DNA of 64,000 bases from an uncultured delta proteobacterium. Its GTDB lineage: Bacteria; Myxococcota_A; Polyangia; Polyangiales; Polyangiaceae. This document shows, piece after piece, positions 1-10,910 of this stretch. Every line of letters begins with the position of its first letter. The stretch's first letter is position 1. Location of the stretch: the NCBI GenBank assembly GCA_963841435.1, contig CAWJCS010000006.1, positions 416,001-480,000 on the forward strand, given 5' to 3'. Under the pieces are notes generated by a model that worked only from the letters and a program-made list of their open reading frames with translations, ran no database searches and had not been told where the DNA came from. The position numbers and the translations under genes were made by a program.

Positions 1-573
1 GATGAGCAAGGCGTGCCCGGCCTTGCCGAGCGCGCCCACGAGCTGGTCCATCACACCGCAGCGTACGCCCACGTACTCGTTTTCGGCGGCGTGAGCCGCG
101 AGCGCGAGGTCCTTGGGCGCCATCGCGTGGCCCGAAAGCGAGCAGAGCGCCATTCCGACGGCGAGCTCGAGCGCCGCCGACGAGGAGAGGCCCGCGCCCG
201 GCGGTACCTCCGAGCTCACCATCAGATCAGCGCCGCCGACGGGGATGCCGCGTGCCACGAGCGCGCGTGCCGTTCCCTCGACGTAGTCGAGCCATTTTCC
301 GCGGCGGGCGGGGGCGTCGTCGAGCGAGAACTGCCGCTCCTTGCGCAGCGCCTGCGAGTACGCGCGAATCACTCGATCGCTGCGCGGCGCCGCGGCGATG
401 CGCGTGCGCTCGCGGATCGCGATGGGAAGCACGAAGCCGAGGTTGTAGTCGGTGTGCTCACCGACGAGGTTCACGCGACCCGGAGCCGAAAAGAGCCGCG
501 GGCTCTTGCCATAGCGCTGTGTGAACGCTTGGCTGAGGGCATTGAGCCTTGCCTGCCCGCTCGGTTCGCTCAA
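1..573 (-). CDS. galK: Galactokinase, 5' part (continues past the window start)
   Basis: Manual minus-strand translation (not in ORF track): FSAPGRVNLVGEHTDYNLGFVLPIAI, GHMP motif VPPGAGLSSSAALE, and CGVMDQ; TTG start at 573. Confidence 0.93.
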   Translation of the reverse strand, partial: MSEPSGQARLNALSQAFTQRYGKSPRLFSAPGRVNLVGEHTDYNLGFVLPIAIRERTRIAAAPRSDRVIRAYSQALRKERQFSLDDAPARRGKWLDYVEGTARALVARGIPVGGADLMVSSEVPPGAGLSSSAALELAVGMALCSLSGHAMAPKDLALAAHAAENEYVGVRCGVMDQLVGALGKAGHALLI

Positions 574-602
574 GTTGGCGATCGTAGCCGAGAACCAGCT
601 GC

Positions 603-1628
603 TCAGCGAGTCGAGCCCGACGGCGCGGGCGCAAAGGCCCCTGCGGCTTCGCTTCCGACGCGGCGGGCGAGCAGCGCCGTGAGGAGCGAAAGAGCGCCCC
701 GCGAGGGCGGCGACGGTGCGTCGTCGAGCATCGGCAAGAGCTCCGTGTAGCTCTGCTCGTCGCCCAATAGATCCGCGGCGCACAGGCCCGCGACCCACGC
801 GTCGGCGTCGTTCGGATCGGCGCGTAGCGTGGCGCGCGCCTCGGCGAGCGCGAGCTTCGGCGCGCGCGGCAGCGCGTAGAGCGCGAGCGCGGCGCCGTGG
901 AGGTGCCGCGCGATCCCCGCGTGGCGCATGGCGTCCAGGTCGCCGCTTTCGAGCGCTTGGTCGAGGTCCCGAGCGCCCGGATCGTCGAGCGCGTCGAGCG
1001 CGTGGCGCGCCCGCTTTTCGCGCTGCTCGTCGCGGTGCGCCCGCGCGGAGCGGAGCAGCAGGCGCCAGGCGTCGCGCGAGGAAGGTTCGAACGCGATGCG
1101 CGCTTCGAGCCAGAGCCAGGCCTCGGCGCCGCGACCGCTCTCGAACAACAGGCTTGCCATGGTCTCCGTGGTCGCGAGGTTCAGCGGGTCGAGGCGCGCG
1201 GCTCGCTCGGCCGCCGCCAGCGCCTCGCGGGCACGACCGAGCGCCGCGAGGCAGCGCGCCCTACCGAGATAGGCCGGCGCGAAGCGCGGATCACGCTTCA
1301 GCGCGTCGTCGAAGGCGAACAGCCCGCTCGCGTCGCGGGCCGCGGTGCGGCCCCCGCCGCAGGTAAGCTCGCCGAGGCGCGTGAGAATTTCCGGGCTCGC
1401 CGGATCGGCGTCGAGAGCGCGGCGCAGCTCCGCGACGGCAGCGCCGTGATTGCCGGCGCGCGCGAGCAGGTCCGCCTTGACGTACGACGCGTAGGCGCCG
1501 GGTGCGATGGCACGCCCCTCGAAGCTCTCGCCGTCGACGACGCGCTCGACGTGCGCGCCCGTGCACGCCGTCGCCACGAGCAGCAAAAAGGCCGCCGCCG
1601 CACGAGCCTGGGCCGGCCTCGTGCTCAG
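603..1628 (-). CDS. TPR-repeat lipoprotein
   Basis: 3' part of ORF 603..2018; lipobox-like FLLLVATAC, TPR-like helices (ELRRALDADPASPEIL, ALKRDPRFAPAYLGRARCL); start approximate, abuts hisC stop. Confidence 0.7.
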   Translation of the reverse strand: MSTRPAQARAAAAFLLLVATACTGAHVERVVDGESFEGRAIAPGAYASYVKADLLARAGNHGAAVAELRRALDADPASPEILTRLGELTCGGGRTAARDASGLFAFDDALKRDPRFAPAYLGRARCLAALGRAREALAAAERAARLDPLNLATTETMASLLFESGRGAEAWLWLEARIAFEPSSRDAWRLLLRSARAHRDEQREKRARHALDALDDPGARDLDQALESGDLDAMRHAGIARHLHGAALALYALPRAPKLALAEARATLRADPNDADAWVAGLCAADLLGDEQSYTELLPMLDDAPSPPSRGALSLLTALLARRVGSEAAGAFAPAPSGSTR

Positions 1629-2707
1629 AGGATCTCGCGGAGACACTTCAAGAGCTCGTCGTTTTGCGCGGGCGTGCCGATCGTCGTGCGGAGCTGCTCC
1701 TTGAGACGGCCACCGCTCCCGTGGAAGCTTCGCACGAGCACCCCGCGCTTGCGCAGCTCCTCGAAGACCTCGGAGGCGGGTCGTGGCGTCTTCAGCCACA
1801 AGAAATTCGCCTGGCTCGGGGTCACCACGGCGCCGAGCGCATCGAGCGCCTCGGCGACACGTGCGCGCTCCCGCTTGACGGTCGCGACGACGTTGCCCAC
1901 CTCGTCCCAGAGCTCTCGGAGCACGGTCGTGGCGAGCACCTGCGACGGCGTGCCGAGGTTGTAGGGGAGCCGCATCTTGTCGAGCTCGGCGACGAGCTTG
2001 CGATGCCCCACGAGCCATCCCACGCGCAGCGCCGCGAAGCCCACCTTGGAGAGCGTGCGCAGGACGACCACGTTCTCGTGCCGGCGATACAGGTCGAGCG
2101 CGCTCTTCTCGGCGTAGTCCACGTACGCTTCGTCGAGCACGAACAGCGAGCCAGGCGCAGCCTCGACGAGCCGCTCGAGGCGTTCGGCGGGCACGACGGT
2201 CCCCGTGGGATTGTTCGGGCTCGCGATGAACACGACGTGCGGCGGCGTGAACTCGAGCGCGCGTCGCATGGGCTCCTCGGCGAGCTCCCAGTTGGCGTCG
2301 AGCGGCACCTCGATGACGCGCTGACCGCGTAGGCGCGCCGTCATGCGATACATCACGAAGCTCGGCGTCACGGTGAGCACGGTCGGCGGATCCGAGCTCT
2401 TCGAGGTCCGGGAGACGGCGCTCACGATGAGGGCGATGACCTCGTCGCTGCCGACGCCGACCAGAACCTCCTCCGGCGCGACCTCGAGCCGAGCGGCGAC
2501 GGCCGCGCGCAGCTCCGTTGCCGTTGCGTCGGGGTAGCGCTCGAAAGCAATCTCGGCAAAGGCCCGGCCGAACAGCTCGCGGACGCGCTGCGAGAACAGC
2601 CCAGGCGCCTCGTTGGCGTCCAGGCGCACGGCGTAGGAGCCGGAGTCCGGCTGGTACGACTTGAAATCGGCGAGCTCGGGCCGGAGCAGGGAGAGCGGAC
2701 CGGACAT
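1625..2707 (-). CDS. hisC: Histidinol-phosphate aminotransferase
   Basis: RLDANE, GVGSDE, SPNNPTG, LDEAY, and LRTLSK PLP-lysine motif. Confidence 0.93.
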   Translation of the reverse strand: MSGPLSLLRPELADFKSYQPDSGSYAVRLDANEAPGLFSQRVRELFGRAFAEIAFERYPDATATELRAAVAARLEVAPEEVLVGVGSDEVIALIVSAVSRTSKSSDPPTVLTVTPSFVMYRMTARLRGQRVIEVPLDANWELAEEPMRRALEFTPPHVVFIASPNNPTGTVVPAERLERLVEAAPGSLFVLDEAYVDYAEKSALDLYRRHENVVVLRTLSKVGFAALRVGWLVGHRKLVAELDKMRLPYNLGTPSQVLATTVLRELWDEVGNVVATVKRERARVAEALDALGAVVTPSQANFLWLKTPRPASEVFEELRKRGVLVRSFHGSGGRLKEQLRTTIGTPAQNDELLKCLREIL

Positions 2708-2775
2708 CAGGGTTTTGAAGTATCAGAGCGGGCCTTGGGACGCACGCGGGCGGGCGTGGTAGCTCGGCGGGCGCC

Positions 2776-3750
2776 GTGCCGTTCTCGGATGTCCTCGCTC
2801 AGGAGCCGGCCGTGGCCACGCTCAAACGTGCCCTCGCGACGGGCCGGGTGCACCACGCCTACCGCTTCCAGGGGCCGCCCGGCGTCGGCAAGGAGCTCAC
2901 GGCGCTCGCGCTCGCCCAGGCGCTGCTTTGCGAGCGAGGGGGCGAGGACGGGTGCGGCTCGTGCAGCGCCTGCCACCGCGCGGTCACCTTCACCGACGAC
3001 GAGCCGCGTGTGCCCCTGCACCCCGACGTCGTTCTCCTCGGCAAGGGGCTCTACCGCTCGGTGCTCGGCAGCGGGTCGGCCGAGACGAGCGGCATCGGCA
3101 TCGAGCAGGTGCGAAGGCTCGTGCTCGAGCGCGTGAGCTACGGCTCGCACGAGGGGCGCGCGCTCGTGTTCCTCGTGCGCGACGCCGACGAGATCACGCC
3201 CCAGGCCGCCAACGCGCTGCTCAAGACCCTCGAGGAGCCCCAGGGGCGCACCCATTTCGTGCTGCTCACGGCCCGCCCCAACCGCCTGCTCGACACCATC
3301 GCGTCACGCACGCTCGCGGTCCGCTTCGCGCCGCTGCCAGACGACGTCGTCGCTACGATCCTCGGCAAACACGGGCTCGACCCGGCGGTGGCACCGCTCG
3401 CACAGGGCAGCGCTTCGCTCGCGATTGAGCTCGCGGACCCCGACGCCAAGCGCGAGCGCGAGGAGTTCTCGAACGCCGCGCTCGCCGCCGTCTCGGCGAG
3501 CGACCTCACGCTGGCCGTCAAGCTCGCGGAGAGCCAGAAGAAGGATCGCGAGGGCTTGCGCGCCATGCTCGCTTTTTTCTCACAGGAGCTGGCGCGCGAG
3601 GCGCGGCAGAAGATCGCCGACGACCCGGCGCTCGCCGAGCGGCGCGCCTACGAGCACGGGGCGGTGCTCTCAACGCTGACCGCGCTCGAACGCAACGTGC
3701 AGCCCGCGCTGGCGCTCGAGGCCATGATCGTCAGGCTCCGAGGGCGCTGA
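2776..3750 (+). CDS. holB: DNA polymerase III delta' subunit
   Basis: HAYRFQGPPGVGK, Zn motif C..CGSCSAC, HPDV, AANALLKTLEEP, LLDTIASR. Confidence 0.92.
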   Translation: MPFSDVLAQEPAVATLKRALATGRVHHAYRFQGPPGVGKELTALALAQALLCERGGEDGCGSCSACHRAVTFTDDEPRVPLHPDVVLLGKGLYRSVLGSGSAETSGIGIEQVRRLVLERVSYGSHEGRALVFLVRDADEITPQAANALLKTLEEPQGRTHFVLLTARPNRLLDTIASRTLAVRFAPLPDDVVATILGKHGLDPAVAPLAQGSASLAIELADPDAKREREEFSNAALAAVSASDLTLAVKLAESQKKDREGLRAMLAFFSQELAREARQKIADDPALAERRAYEHGAVLSTLTALERNVQPALALEAMIVRLRGR

Positions 3751-4381
3751 GTCGCACCGAAAATGCGGCGGCGAGGCGGCTCACGTCGTCGAGTGCGCCG
3801 CTCGCCGGGACGAGCGCGCCGATCATGGCGACGAGATCGACCAGCCGACCGACCTCGGAGAGAGCGTCCGGCCCGATGCCGCCGATGGCGACGAGCGGTA
3901 CCCCTGCCGCTCGCGCCCGCTCGGCCGCGCGCGCGAGCCCGTCGAGCCCGACGGTCGGCTCGGGACGCGCCTTCGACGCCGTGGCAAACACCGGACCGAA
4001 CGCGACGTAGGCGGGGCCGAGCGCGAGCGCCGCCTCGAGCTCCGCTTCATCGTGCGTCGAGACGCCGATCTTCAGCCGCCCGGCGAGCTTCTGCGCGTCC
4101 GCGAGCGGTAGGTCGCTCTGTCCGAGGTGGACGCCGTCCGCCTCCGCGAGCAGCGCGAGATCCGGCCGGTCGTTGGCGAACAGCTCCGTGCCGCTCCGCA
4201 AGGTGAGTGGACGGAGCGCGCGGAGGAGCGTCAGGGTATCGCGTGCTCCGAGCGATTTCGCGCGGAGCTGAAGGGCTGCTGGCCTCGCCTCGAGCACACG
4301 CTCGGCGAACGCCACTGGATCGAGGCCGCGCCCCGCGAGCACGTCGACGTCGACGATGGGGTAGAGGCGCGGGGCAGGCAC
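3731..4381 (-). CDS. thiE: Thiamine-phosphate synthase
   Basis: LQLRAK, ANDRPDLA, ADGVHLGQSD, GVSTH, GPVFATASK, VAIGGI; GTG start chosen at 4381. Confidence 0.92.
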   Translation of the reverse strand: MPAPRLYPIVDVDVLAGRGLDPVAFAERVLEARPAALQLRAKSLGARDTLTLLRALRPLTLRSGTELFANDRPDLALLAEADGVHLGQSDLPLADAQKLAGRLKIGVSTHDEAELEAALALGPAYVAFGPVFATASKARPEPTVGLDGLARAAERARAAGVPLVAIGGIGPDALSEVGRLVDLVAMIGALVPASGALDDVSRLAAAFSVRLSALGA

Positions 4382-4443
4382 GAGGCGCGCCGACCATAGC
4401 GCGCATTTGGGCGACGTTTGGACTGTGCTACGCCGGAGCGCGC

Positions 4444-5865
4444 ATGAAGGCTCGTTCCTGGCTGCTCCCGGGCGTCGTCCTGTCGTTGTCGCTCTCGCGC
4501 TGCGGTGGCGCGCCGCCGCCCCCGGCCAACGAGCCCCTGCCCGAGCTTGCAGCCGCACCCGAGGCCGCGCTCGAGGCCGCCGCCGGCGCCCCGGGCGACG
4601 ATGCGTCCGTCGCCGAGGAGCGCCACCCGAATCCGGACCTCGTGAAGAAGGCGCTCGAGCGCAGCGCCGCCGACGCGCCGGACGCGGCGCCGCACGGGCT
4701 ACGGTTCGAGGTCGTCGAGAACGGCCCGGCGTCGGGCTGGGCGATGGCGGTCGTCAATCGTGGCACGGAGACGCTCCGCGTGGATTTCGATCCTGGCCTC
4801 CTCACGCTCGAGGTCCTCCCACCGGGTGATCCGAAGGCCAAGCGTCGCGTGAAGCCGAAGCCCCGCATCTGCCGGCTGCCGGGCGAGCTCGGCCGCGGCG
4901 GTGACGCGCGACGCTTCTCCGTCGTGCTCGACCCCGGCGAGGGGATCGTCGAGGCCTTCGAGCCGTTGCTCTATTGTTTGCCCGAGGGGGGCGTGTCGCC
5001 CTTCGTCGCGGGCGCAGAGGTGCGCGCCCGGTTCGGTTTCGCGCCGAAGACGCGTGTCGTCTGGCGGGGCGGGCGCCACGAGGTGCCCCTGGAGGAACAG
5101 CCGCCTCCCTTCGTTGCACGGGTGCTCAAGCACCACCGCCATCACCACCACGATCGCGACCACGGAGGCGACGACGCCGAAGCCGAGGCAAAAAAGGCCG
5201 ATGCCGCGGACAGCGCCGATGCCGGCCAGCCGCAGGCCGACGCAAGCCCGCCGGCGCCGCCCGAAAGCGACGCCGATCCGGACGACGACGCCGACGATGA
5301 AGCCGTCGACGAAAGCGCAGCCGCCGTCCCCATCAAAGAGCTTCGCGGTACTCCGTTCGAGCTCGGTGCCGACTACACGACCGAGAAGGCGGAGCCGGCC
5401 AAGGGGCTCGAGCTCGCCTTGACGCGCGGGTCGGACGCGCTCGACGTGATGCACGCCACGGCCACCGCGACGATCAAGAATCACGACTCAATCGCGCGCC
5501 GCATCTACGTGCGGCGTGAGCTACTGACCTTCCAGGTGTCGGGCCCCGACGGCCGCACGTTGTGCGCGCCCGAGCCCGACGACCGCGCACCCGATCGCCA
5601 GGCGTTCACGTACTTGCGAGCTGGCGGCTCCATCAGCCTCACGAGCAGGCTCGTCGAGCTGTGCCCGATGGACACTTTCGCGCGACCCGGGCTCTACGTC
5701 CTCGAGGCACAGCTCGACGCATTCGCAAAAGGTGACGAGTTCGGATACGACGCGTTCGTCGGGCGCCTCGTGTCGGACCGCACCGTCGTCGTGCGCATCC
5801 GCTCCGGCAGCCTGCCGTTCCCGGGGCCACGGGTGCTCGAGCGGGTTCGCGTGGGCGCGCCGTAG
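4444..5865 (+). CDS. Hypothetical lipoprotein with a His-rich then acidic low-complexity insert
   Basis: MKARSWLLPGVVLSLSLSRC signal/lipobox; KHHRHHHHDRDH followed by a D/A/P-rich tract between two similar beta-rich modules. Confidence 0.7.
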   Translation: MKARSWLLPGVVLSLSLSRCGGAPPPPANEPLPELAAAPEAALEAAAGAPGDDASVAEERHPNPDLVKKALERSAADAPDAAPHGLRFEVVENGPASGWAMAVVNRGTETLRVDFDPGLLTLEVLPPGDPKAKRRVKPKPRICRLPGELGRGGDARRFSVVLDPGEGIVEAFEPLLYCLPEGGVSPFVAGAEVRARFGFAPKTRVVWRGGRHEVPLEEQPPPFVARVLKHHRHHHHDRDHGGDDAEAEAKKADAADSADAGQPQADASPPAPPESDADPDDDADDEAVDESAAAVPIKELRGTPFELGADYTTEKAEPAKGLELALTRGSDALDVMHATATATIKNHDSIARRIYVRRELLTFQVSGPDGRTLCAPEPDDRAPDRQAFTYLRAGGSISLTSRLVELCPMDTFARPGLYVLEAQLDAFAKGDEFGYDAFVGRLVSDRTVVVRIRSGSLPFPGPRVLERVRVGAP

Positions 5866-5997
5866 CTGGATTTTTACAGGCAGGGTTCGACCGGGACCGG
5901 TTCCAGGAGCCGGAGACGCCGGGGCGCCTCCAAAGCCCTTTTTGCGCGCCGCTTCGCCTTGTGTGGGGCCCTTCCCGATGTAACCCTTGGATGCAGC

Positions 5998-8130
5998 ATG
6001 AAGCGGCTTTTCTGGTTGGTGGTTGGGGTTCTTTCAATTTTGGCGTTGAGCTGGGGGTGCTCGCCGAAAAACCTGGGCGACGACGACGACAGCACCTCGG
6101 GGCGGGGCTCCGGGGGCAGCAGTGGCTCGAGCGCCACCGGGGGCACGTCGGGCAGCGGCGTCGGCGGTAGCACGCCGGGGTGCGCGGCCAACCTCACGTC
6201 CTGCAACGGCGCTTGCGTCGACCTCGCGACGGACTCGACGCACTGCGGCTCGTGCACCAACGCGTGTGGCGTCGGGCAGTCGTGCTCGACCGGAGCGTGC
6301 GCCTGCACGGTCGGCTACTCGCCGTGTCCCACGGGCTGCGTGAACACCGCGACCGATCCGCAGAACTGCGGAGCCTGCGGGACCGTGTGCCAGGCCGCCA
6401 CGCCGTTCTGCGGCACGACGGGCTGCACGGCGTCGTGCGCAGCACCCACGGTTCAGTGCGGCAACAGCTGCGTGAACACGACCAGCGATCTGGCGAATTG
6501 CGGCGCCTGCAACAACGCGTGCGGCGGCGGCCAGAGCTGCGTGAACAGCGCGTGCGCGTGCGCCGCGGGTACGGAGATGTGCGCTGCGACCGGAACCTGC
6601 GTCGTGGCTGGCAGTTGCCCCGTCGGCGCGGGCGGCGCGAGCGGCGCGGGCGGCACGGCGGGCCTCGGCGGCGGCGCGGGCCTCGGCGGCTCGGGCGCGA
6701 CGAGCGGCGCGGGCGGCACGAGCGGCGCAGGCGGCACGAGCGGCGCAGGCGGCAGCGCGGGCGCGGTCGGTGCCGATCCGCCCGGCTACTGGCGTTACAA
6801 CGACTGGCACGGCTGCACCTGGACCGGCATCGACACGGTGACGGGCACGACCACCACCAACATGCCGCAGGACTTCACGGCGCACGTTGACGGCACCGGG
6901 TACTGCGTCTCCGGCAGCGTGCACTCCGACTACGACGCCGTCGCGCTCATGGGCTTCAACCTCGGGGAGGCCGTCGACGGCACGCCGAACCAGTGCGCCT
7001 ACGACCCGGCATCGGCGACGGAGATGGGCCCGCCCGGCGTCCAGCTCACGGGCACCGGCATCGCCATCAACTTCACGAAGAGCACGGCGGCGACGCTGCG
7101 CATCCAGATCCAAGGTCCGGACGGCGCCACCGACGCGAACAACCGCTGGTGCTACACGATCACGCCCGCCGCGGGCCCGGTGTTTGCGCCGTTCAGCGGC
7201 TTCAACACCAAGTGCTGGGACAACACGGGCACCGCCTACAACAACGAGCCCATCTCCGCCGTCGTGTTCCTCGTGCCCGGCACGATGGGCGCGACGACCG
7301 CGTTCAACTACTGCATCACGGGCTTCGACACGGGCGCCGCCGCAACCGACGCGCCCACCTGGGGCACGGGCAACACCGGTCCGCTCACGGGCACGATCGG
7401 CGGCCCGGGCGGCATGAACCTGGATTTCCAGCGCGTGAAGGTGAGCAAGGGCGGCAAGAGCTACATCATCCAGAACAACAACTGGGGTAACCCGAACGGC
7501 AGCGACCAGACGCTTTCCTACAGCGACAACAGCTTCAAGGTCGTGAGCAGCTCGGGCAGCGGCAGCAGTGCGCCCGCCTCCTTCCCGTCGATTTACATCG
7601 GCGCGAACGGCGACACGCAGAGCGGCACGTATTCGACCACCTCGGACGATCACCTACCGAAACAGGTGAGCGGTATCACCAGTCTGATGACGACGTTCCG
7701 CCACACGGCGACGAGCGGCCAGCTGAACGCAACGTACGACATCTGGTTCGCGGCCTCGCCACCCAGCGCTCGCTACGACGATGCCATCTCGGGCTTCGTC
7801 ATGCTGTGGTTCTACGATCCGTCGAACTTCCAGCCGATCGGCAGCCCCGGCCCCACGGTGACGATCGGCGGAAAGTCTTGGGTCGTGTGGTCGGGTCCGC
7901 GCGGCGGCAGCGGCACGAACTCCGGTGCGCCGGTGATCTCCTACGTTGCCACCTCGACCATGACGAGCTGGCAGAACTTCGACCTCAAGCCGTTTTTCAC
8001 GGATGCCGGCTCGCGCGGCATCAATCAGAGCTGGTACCTGACGGACATCTTCGCCGGGTTCGAGATCTGGCAAGGCAGCGACGGCGTGGGCAAGGAAGTC
8101 CAGGAGTTCACGGCGGTCGTCGCGCCGTGA
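5998..8130 (+). CDS. Multidomain lipoprotein: Cys-rich repeats, Gly linker, CBM-like domain, C-terminal GH12-like domain
   Basis: Lipobox LSWGC; repeats C.D..TD..(H/N)CG.C...C; GH12-like YIIQNNNWG, SFPSIYIG, NATYDIWF, YLTDIFAGFEIW. Confidence 0.82.
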   Translation: MKRLFWLVVGVLSILALSWGCSPKNLGDDDDSTSGRGSGGSSGSSATGGTSGSGVGGSTPGCAANLTSCNGACVDLATDSTHCGSCTNACGVGQSCSTGACACTVGYSPCPTGCVNTATDPQNCGACGTVCQAATPFCGTTGCTASCAAPTVQCGNSCVNTTSDLANCGACNNACGGGQSCVNSACACAAGTEMCAATGTCVVAGSCPVGAGGASGAGGTAGLGGGAGLGGSGATSGAGGTSGAGGTSGAGGSAGAVGADPPGYWRYNDWHGCTWTGIDTVTGTTTTNMPQDFTAHVDGTGYCVSGSVHSDYDAVALMGFNLGEAVDGTPNQCAYDPASATEMGPPGVQLTGTGIAINFTKSTAATLRIQIQGPDGATDANNRWCYTITPAAGPVFAPFSGFNTKCWDNTGTAYNNEPISAVVFLVPGTMGATTAFNYCITGFDTGAAATDAPTWGTGNTGPLTGTIGGPGGMNLDFQRVKVSKGGKSYIIQNNNWGNPNGSDQTLSYSDNSFKVVSSSGSGSSAPASFPSIYIGANGDTQSGTYSTTSDDHLPKQVSGITSLMTTFRHTATSGQLNATYDIWFAASPPSARYDDAISGFVMLWFYDPSNFQPIGSPGPTVTIGGKSWVVWSGPRGGSGTNSGAPVISYVATSTMTSWQNFDLKPFFTDAGSRGINQSWYLTDIFAGFEIWQGSDGVGKEVQEFTAVVAP

Positions 8131-8163
8131 GGCCCGGAACGGCGGCGCTCGGTACGCCCCCGT

Positions 8164-9351
8164 TCAGCGCTCGGATGCGGGCGGGGGGCCGAGCCGAGGA
8201 GACGGCGTGGCCTTCGAGCCCGAGCCGAGCTCCTCGAGATTGGCGAGCGCCCGCGGGTCCGTCGGATCGAGCGCCAGGGCCTTCTTGAAGGCCTGCTCGG
8301 CCAGGGCACGCTCGCCCTTCTTTGCGCGCGCCGTGCCCAGGTTGATGTAGGCCGCGCCGAGCTTGGGGTCAGCCTTGATGGCACGCGTGGCCTCTTCGAC
8401 GGCGGCGTCGAGGTTTCCGGCGAGCTCGAGCGCGTGCGCGAGGTTCGAGCGGTAGGTGGCGCGCCCGGGGTCGAGCTCGACGGCGCGGGTGAGCTCGCGG
8501 ACGGCGCGCTCGATGCGGCCCTGGGTGAGGCAGAGCGTGCCGAGATCGGAGTGAGTCCGCCCGTCGTCGGGCGCGAGCCTCACCGCCTCGAGGAACGCGG
8601 ATTCTGCCTCACCGAGTCGGCCGAGCAGCAGGTACGCCGTGCCGAGGTTCGTGAACGTTTCGGAAGAACCGGGGTCGAGCTTGGTGGCGTGCGTCAGCGG
8701 CGCGAGCGCCCTAGCGCTCTGCCCGGTGGCGACGAAGCCGACCCCGAGCGCCGTCACGGCGTCCAGGTCGTTCGGCCCGAGGGCGACGGCGCGCTCGAGC
8801 GCCGAAAGCCCCTCGTCGGTGCGCCCTAGCGCTACGAGCACTTTGCCGCGCTCGCGAAAAGCCGGCTCGAAGTCCGGGTCGATCGCGAGCGCGCGGTCGA
8901 GGGTTGCGACGAGCGCCGCGAGCTTCTTGTCGCCCTGCATCGCGAACGGCGCGAGCGACACGTCGGGCGCGGCGAGGGCCGCGCGCGCCAGCCCGACGAG
9001 CGGCGCCGGATCGTTCGGGGCAAGCTTTTGGGCGCGCGCGTAGTGCGCCTTGGCGGCTTTGGCGTCGTCGGCGTCAATCGCGGCGTCGCCGGCGTCGAGC
9101 TCGCGGTCGGCGGGCGTGCCGTCGTGGCGGGCGAGACCCGACGGGGCGGGGGTGGGCGGCGGCGCGGGGGGCGCCGGCGGAGCGCTCGGCGCGGGCGGCG
9201 GAGCCGCTGTGGCCGTGTCTGCCGCGGGGGCAGCGGGTGGCGCCGGCGAAATCGCGGTCCCAGCGCTCGGCGGGCCCTTCGGGGCGGGCGTCGCCGAGCA
9301 CCCCGCGGCAGCGAGCGCCGCGGCAGCGAGCGCGCACCGATCAAGCCGCAT
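8164..9351 (-). CDS. TPR-repeat lipoprotein
   Basis: [18 protein letters not shown] lipobox, Pro-rich linker, many TPR repeats (A..L.P....A..NLG). Confidence 0.85.
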   Translation of the reverse strand: MRLDRCALAAAALAAAGCSATPAPKGPPSAGTAISPAPPAAPAADTATAAPPPAPSAPPAPPAPPPTPAPSGLARHDGTPADRELDAGDAAIDADDAKAAKAHYARAQKLAPNDPAPLVGLARAALAAPDVSLAPFAMQGDKKLAALVATLDRALAIDPDFEPAFRERGKVLVALGRTDEGLSALERAVALGPNDLDAVTALGVGFVATGQSARALAPLTHATKLDPGSSETFTNLGTAYLLLGRLGEAESAFLEAVRLAPDDGRTHSDLGTLCLTQGRIERAVRELTRAVELDPGRATYRSNLAHALELAGNLDAAVEEATRAIKADPKLGAAYINLGTARAKKGERALAEQAFKKALALDPTDPRALANLEELGSGSKATPSPRLGPPPASER

Positions 9352-10910
9352 CTTGCTTCGAGCCGTGCTCTTTGCCGTCGTAGCGGAGCAGGGTCTTTTT
9401 GCCGTCGACCAGCGTCGAGACGCACACGGGCCGGCGCCAGACGCGCACGAGCGCCGCAAGCGCTTCCTTGGCGTAGTCGGCGCGCAAATCGACGCCGCGG
9501 TGATCGTGCACGAGCAAGAGCTCGCCGCGATTGTCGTAGTTCGCGTCCTCGACGAAGACGAAGGGATTGCCGAAGTTCGTGAGCTGGGCGAGAAGCTTCT
9601 CCTTCACCTCGCGAAATTCGCGCGAGTCGATCTCGAAGCGCTCGTTGCGATTCGACCAATCGAAGGAAAAGAGCTGGTGCTCGATGGCGAAGTCCTCGGT
9701 CAAGAACTCGTCGATGAAGGTCACGTCGTTGTAGAGCGAGCGCACCTCGAAGATCTTGTTCTTGCCGAGGCCGAGCCGCAGGTCCCAGTGGCGCTTCTCG
9801 TCGAGGTCGTCGCAATCTTCCCATTCCTGGCCGAACTGGCCCTCGATCCCAGCGCTCCTCGATGTCGCGAAACAGCTGGACGCCGAGCTTGTAGGGGTTC
9901 AGGCGCTTACCGCTCGTCGCCATGACGCCCGCGTTGTTCTCGGCGTAGTCGATGATTTCGCTCCAGTCGCACACTTCGCCCGTCATCATCTTGGAGTGCC
10001 AGTACGAGGCCCAGCCCTCGTTCATGATCTTGGTCTGCATCTGCGGGGCGAAGTAGTACGCCTCCTCACGCACGATGCTGAGGATCGTCGCGCTCCCAGC
10101 GTTCGAGCGGCGCGTGCTCGATCAGGAACAGGAGCACGTCGCGCTCACGGCTCGGCCGGGTGCCGCCTCTTCTTGCGGTCGCGCGTCTCCTCGATCTTCT
10201 TCCGCTGCTCCTCGATGTACTCCTCGGGGTTGATGAACTCCTCCATGTAGTCCTTCGCGCGTAGGCGCGGGACCTCGACGGCGGCGGGCTCGTCCTCGAG
10301 CGCTTCCTCGCGCCGGCGCACGACGAAGCGCGACCATGGATCGATGAGGTTCTCGAGGGACAGGCAGACGTCGATGAACTCCTCGACCTGCTCGATGCCG
10401 TAGCGATCGACGATGCGGCGCACGGCCGAGCCGTGGTTCGCCATCTTGTCGATCCAGCGGCGGTTGGGGTCGTAGTCGGGGCCGCGCCGGCGCACCGGGT
10501 CGGTGATCGGCTCGCCGGCGTCGAGGTCGGTGGAGCGGAAGGAGAAGTTGTTCTTGAAGAAATCGACGTGGCCGAGCACGTGGCACATCACGAGCTTCTG
10601 ATCGGTGAGGCAGTTGCCTTCGAGCAGGTACGCGAAGGAGGGGTTGTTGTTGATGACCATCTCGTAGATCTTCGAGAGGCCGTACTCGTGGCTCTTGCGA
10701 GCCGCTCGAACTCCATGCCGAAGCGCCAGTGCGGGTAGCGGGTCGGGAAGCCGCCGTAGGCCGCGACCTCGTTCATCTGGTCGTAGCTCGAGCATCTCGA
10801 AGACGATCGGGAAGAAGTCGAGCCCGTGACGGCGGCCGATGGCCTCGATCTTCTCCTGCTCGACGCAGCAGGTAGCGCGGTAGATCGGTGCGTGTCGCGA
10901 ACTGCGGCAT
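9341..10910 (-). CDS. spoVR: SpoVR/YcgB family protein, multiply frameshifted in this sequence
   Basis: Segments in changing frames: [80 protein letters not shown]. Confidence 0.88.

Noticed and set aside
13-750. 245-aa plus-strand ORF
   Set aside because: Antisense shadow of galK
6620-6770. Gly-rich tandem repeats (also 41840-42190)
   Set aside because: Ordinary coding linkers of myxobacterial lipoproteins
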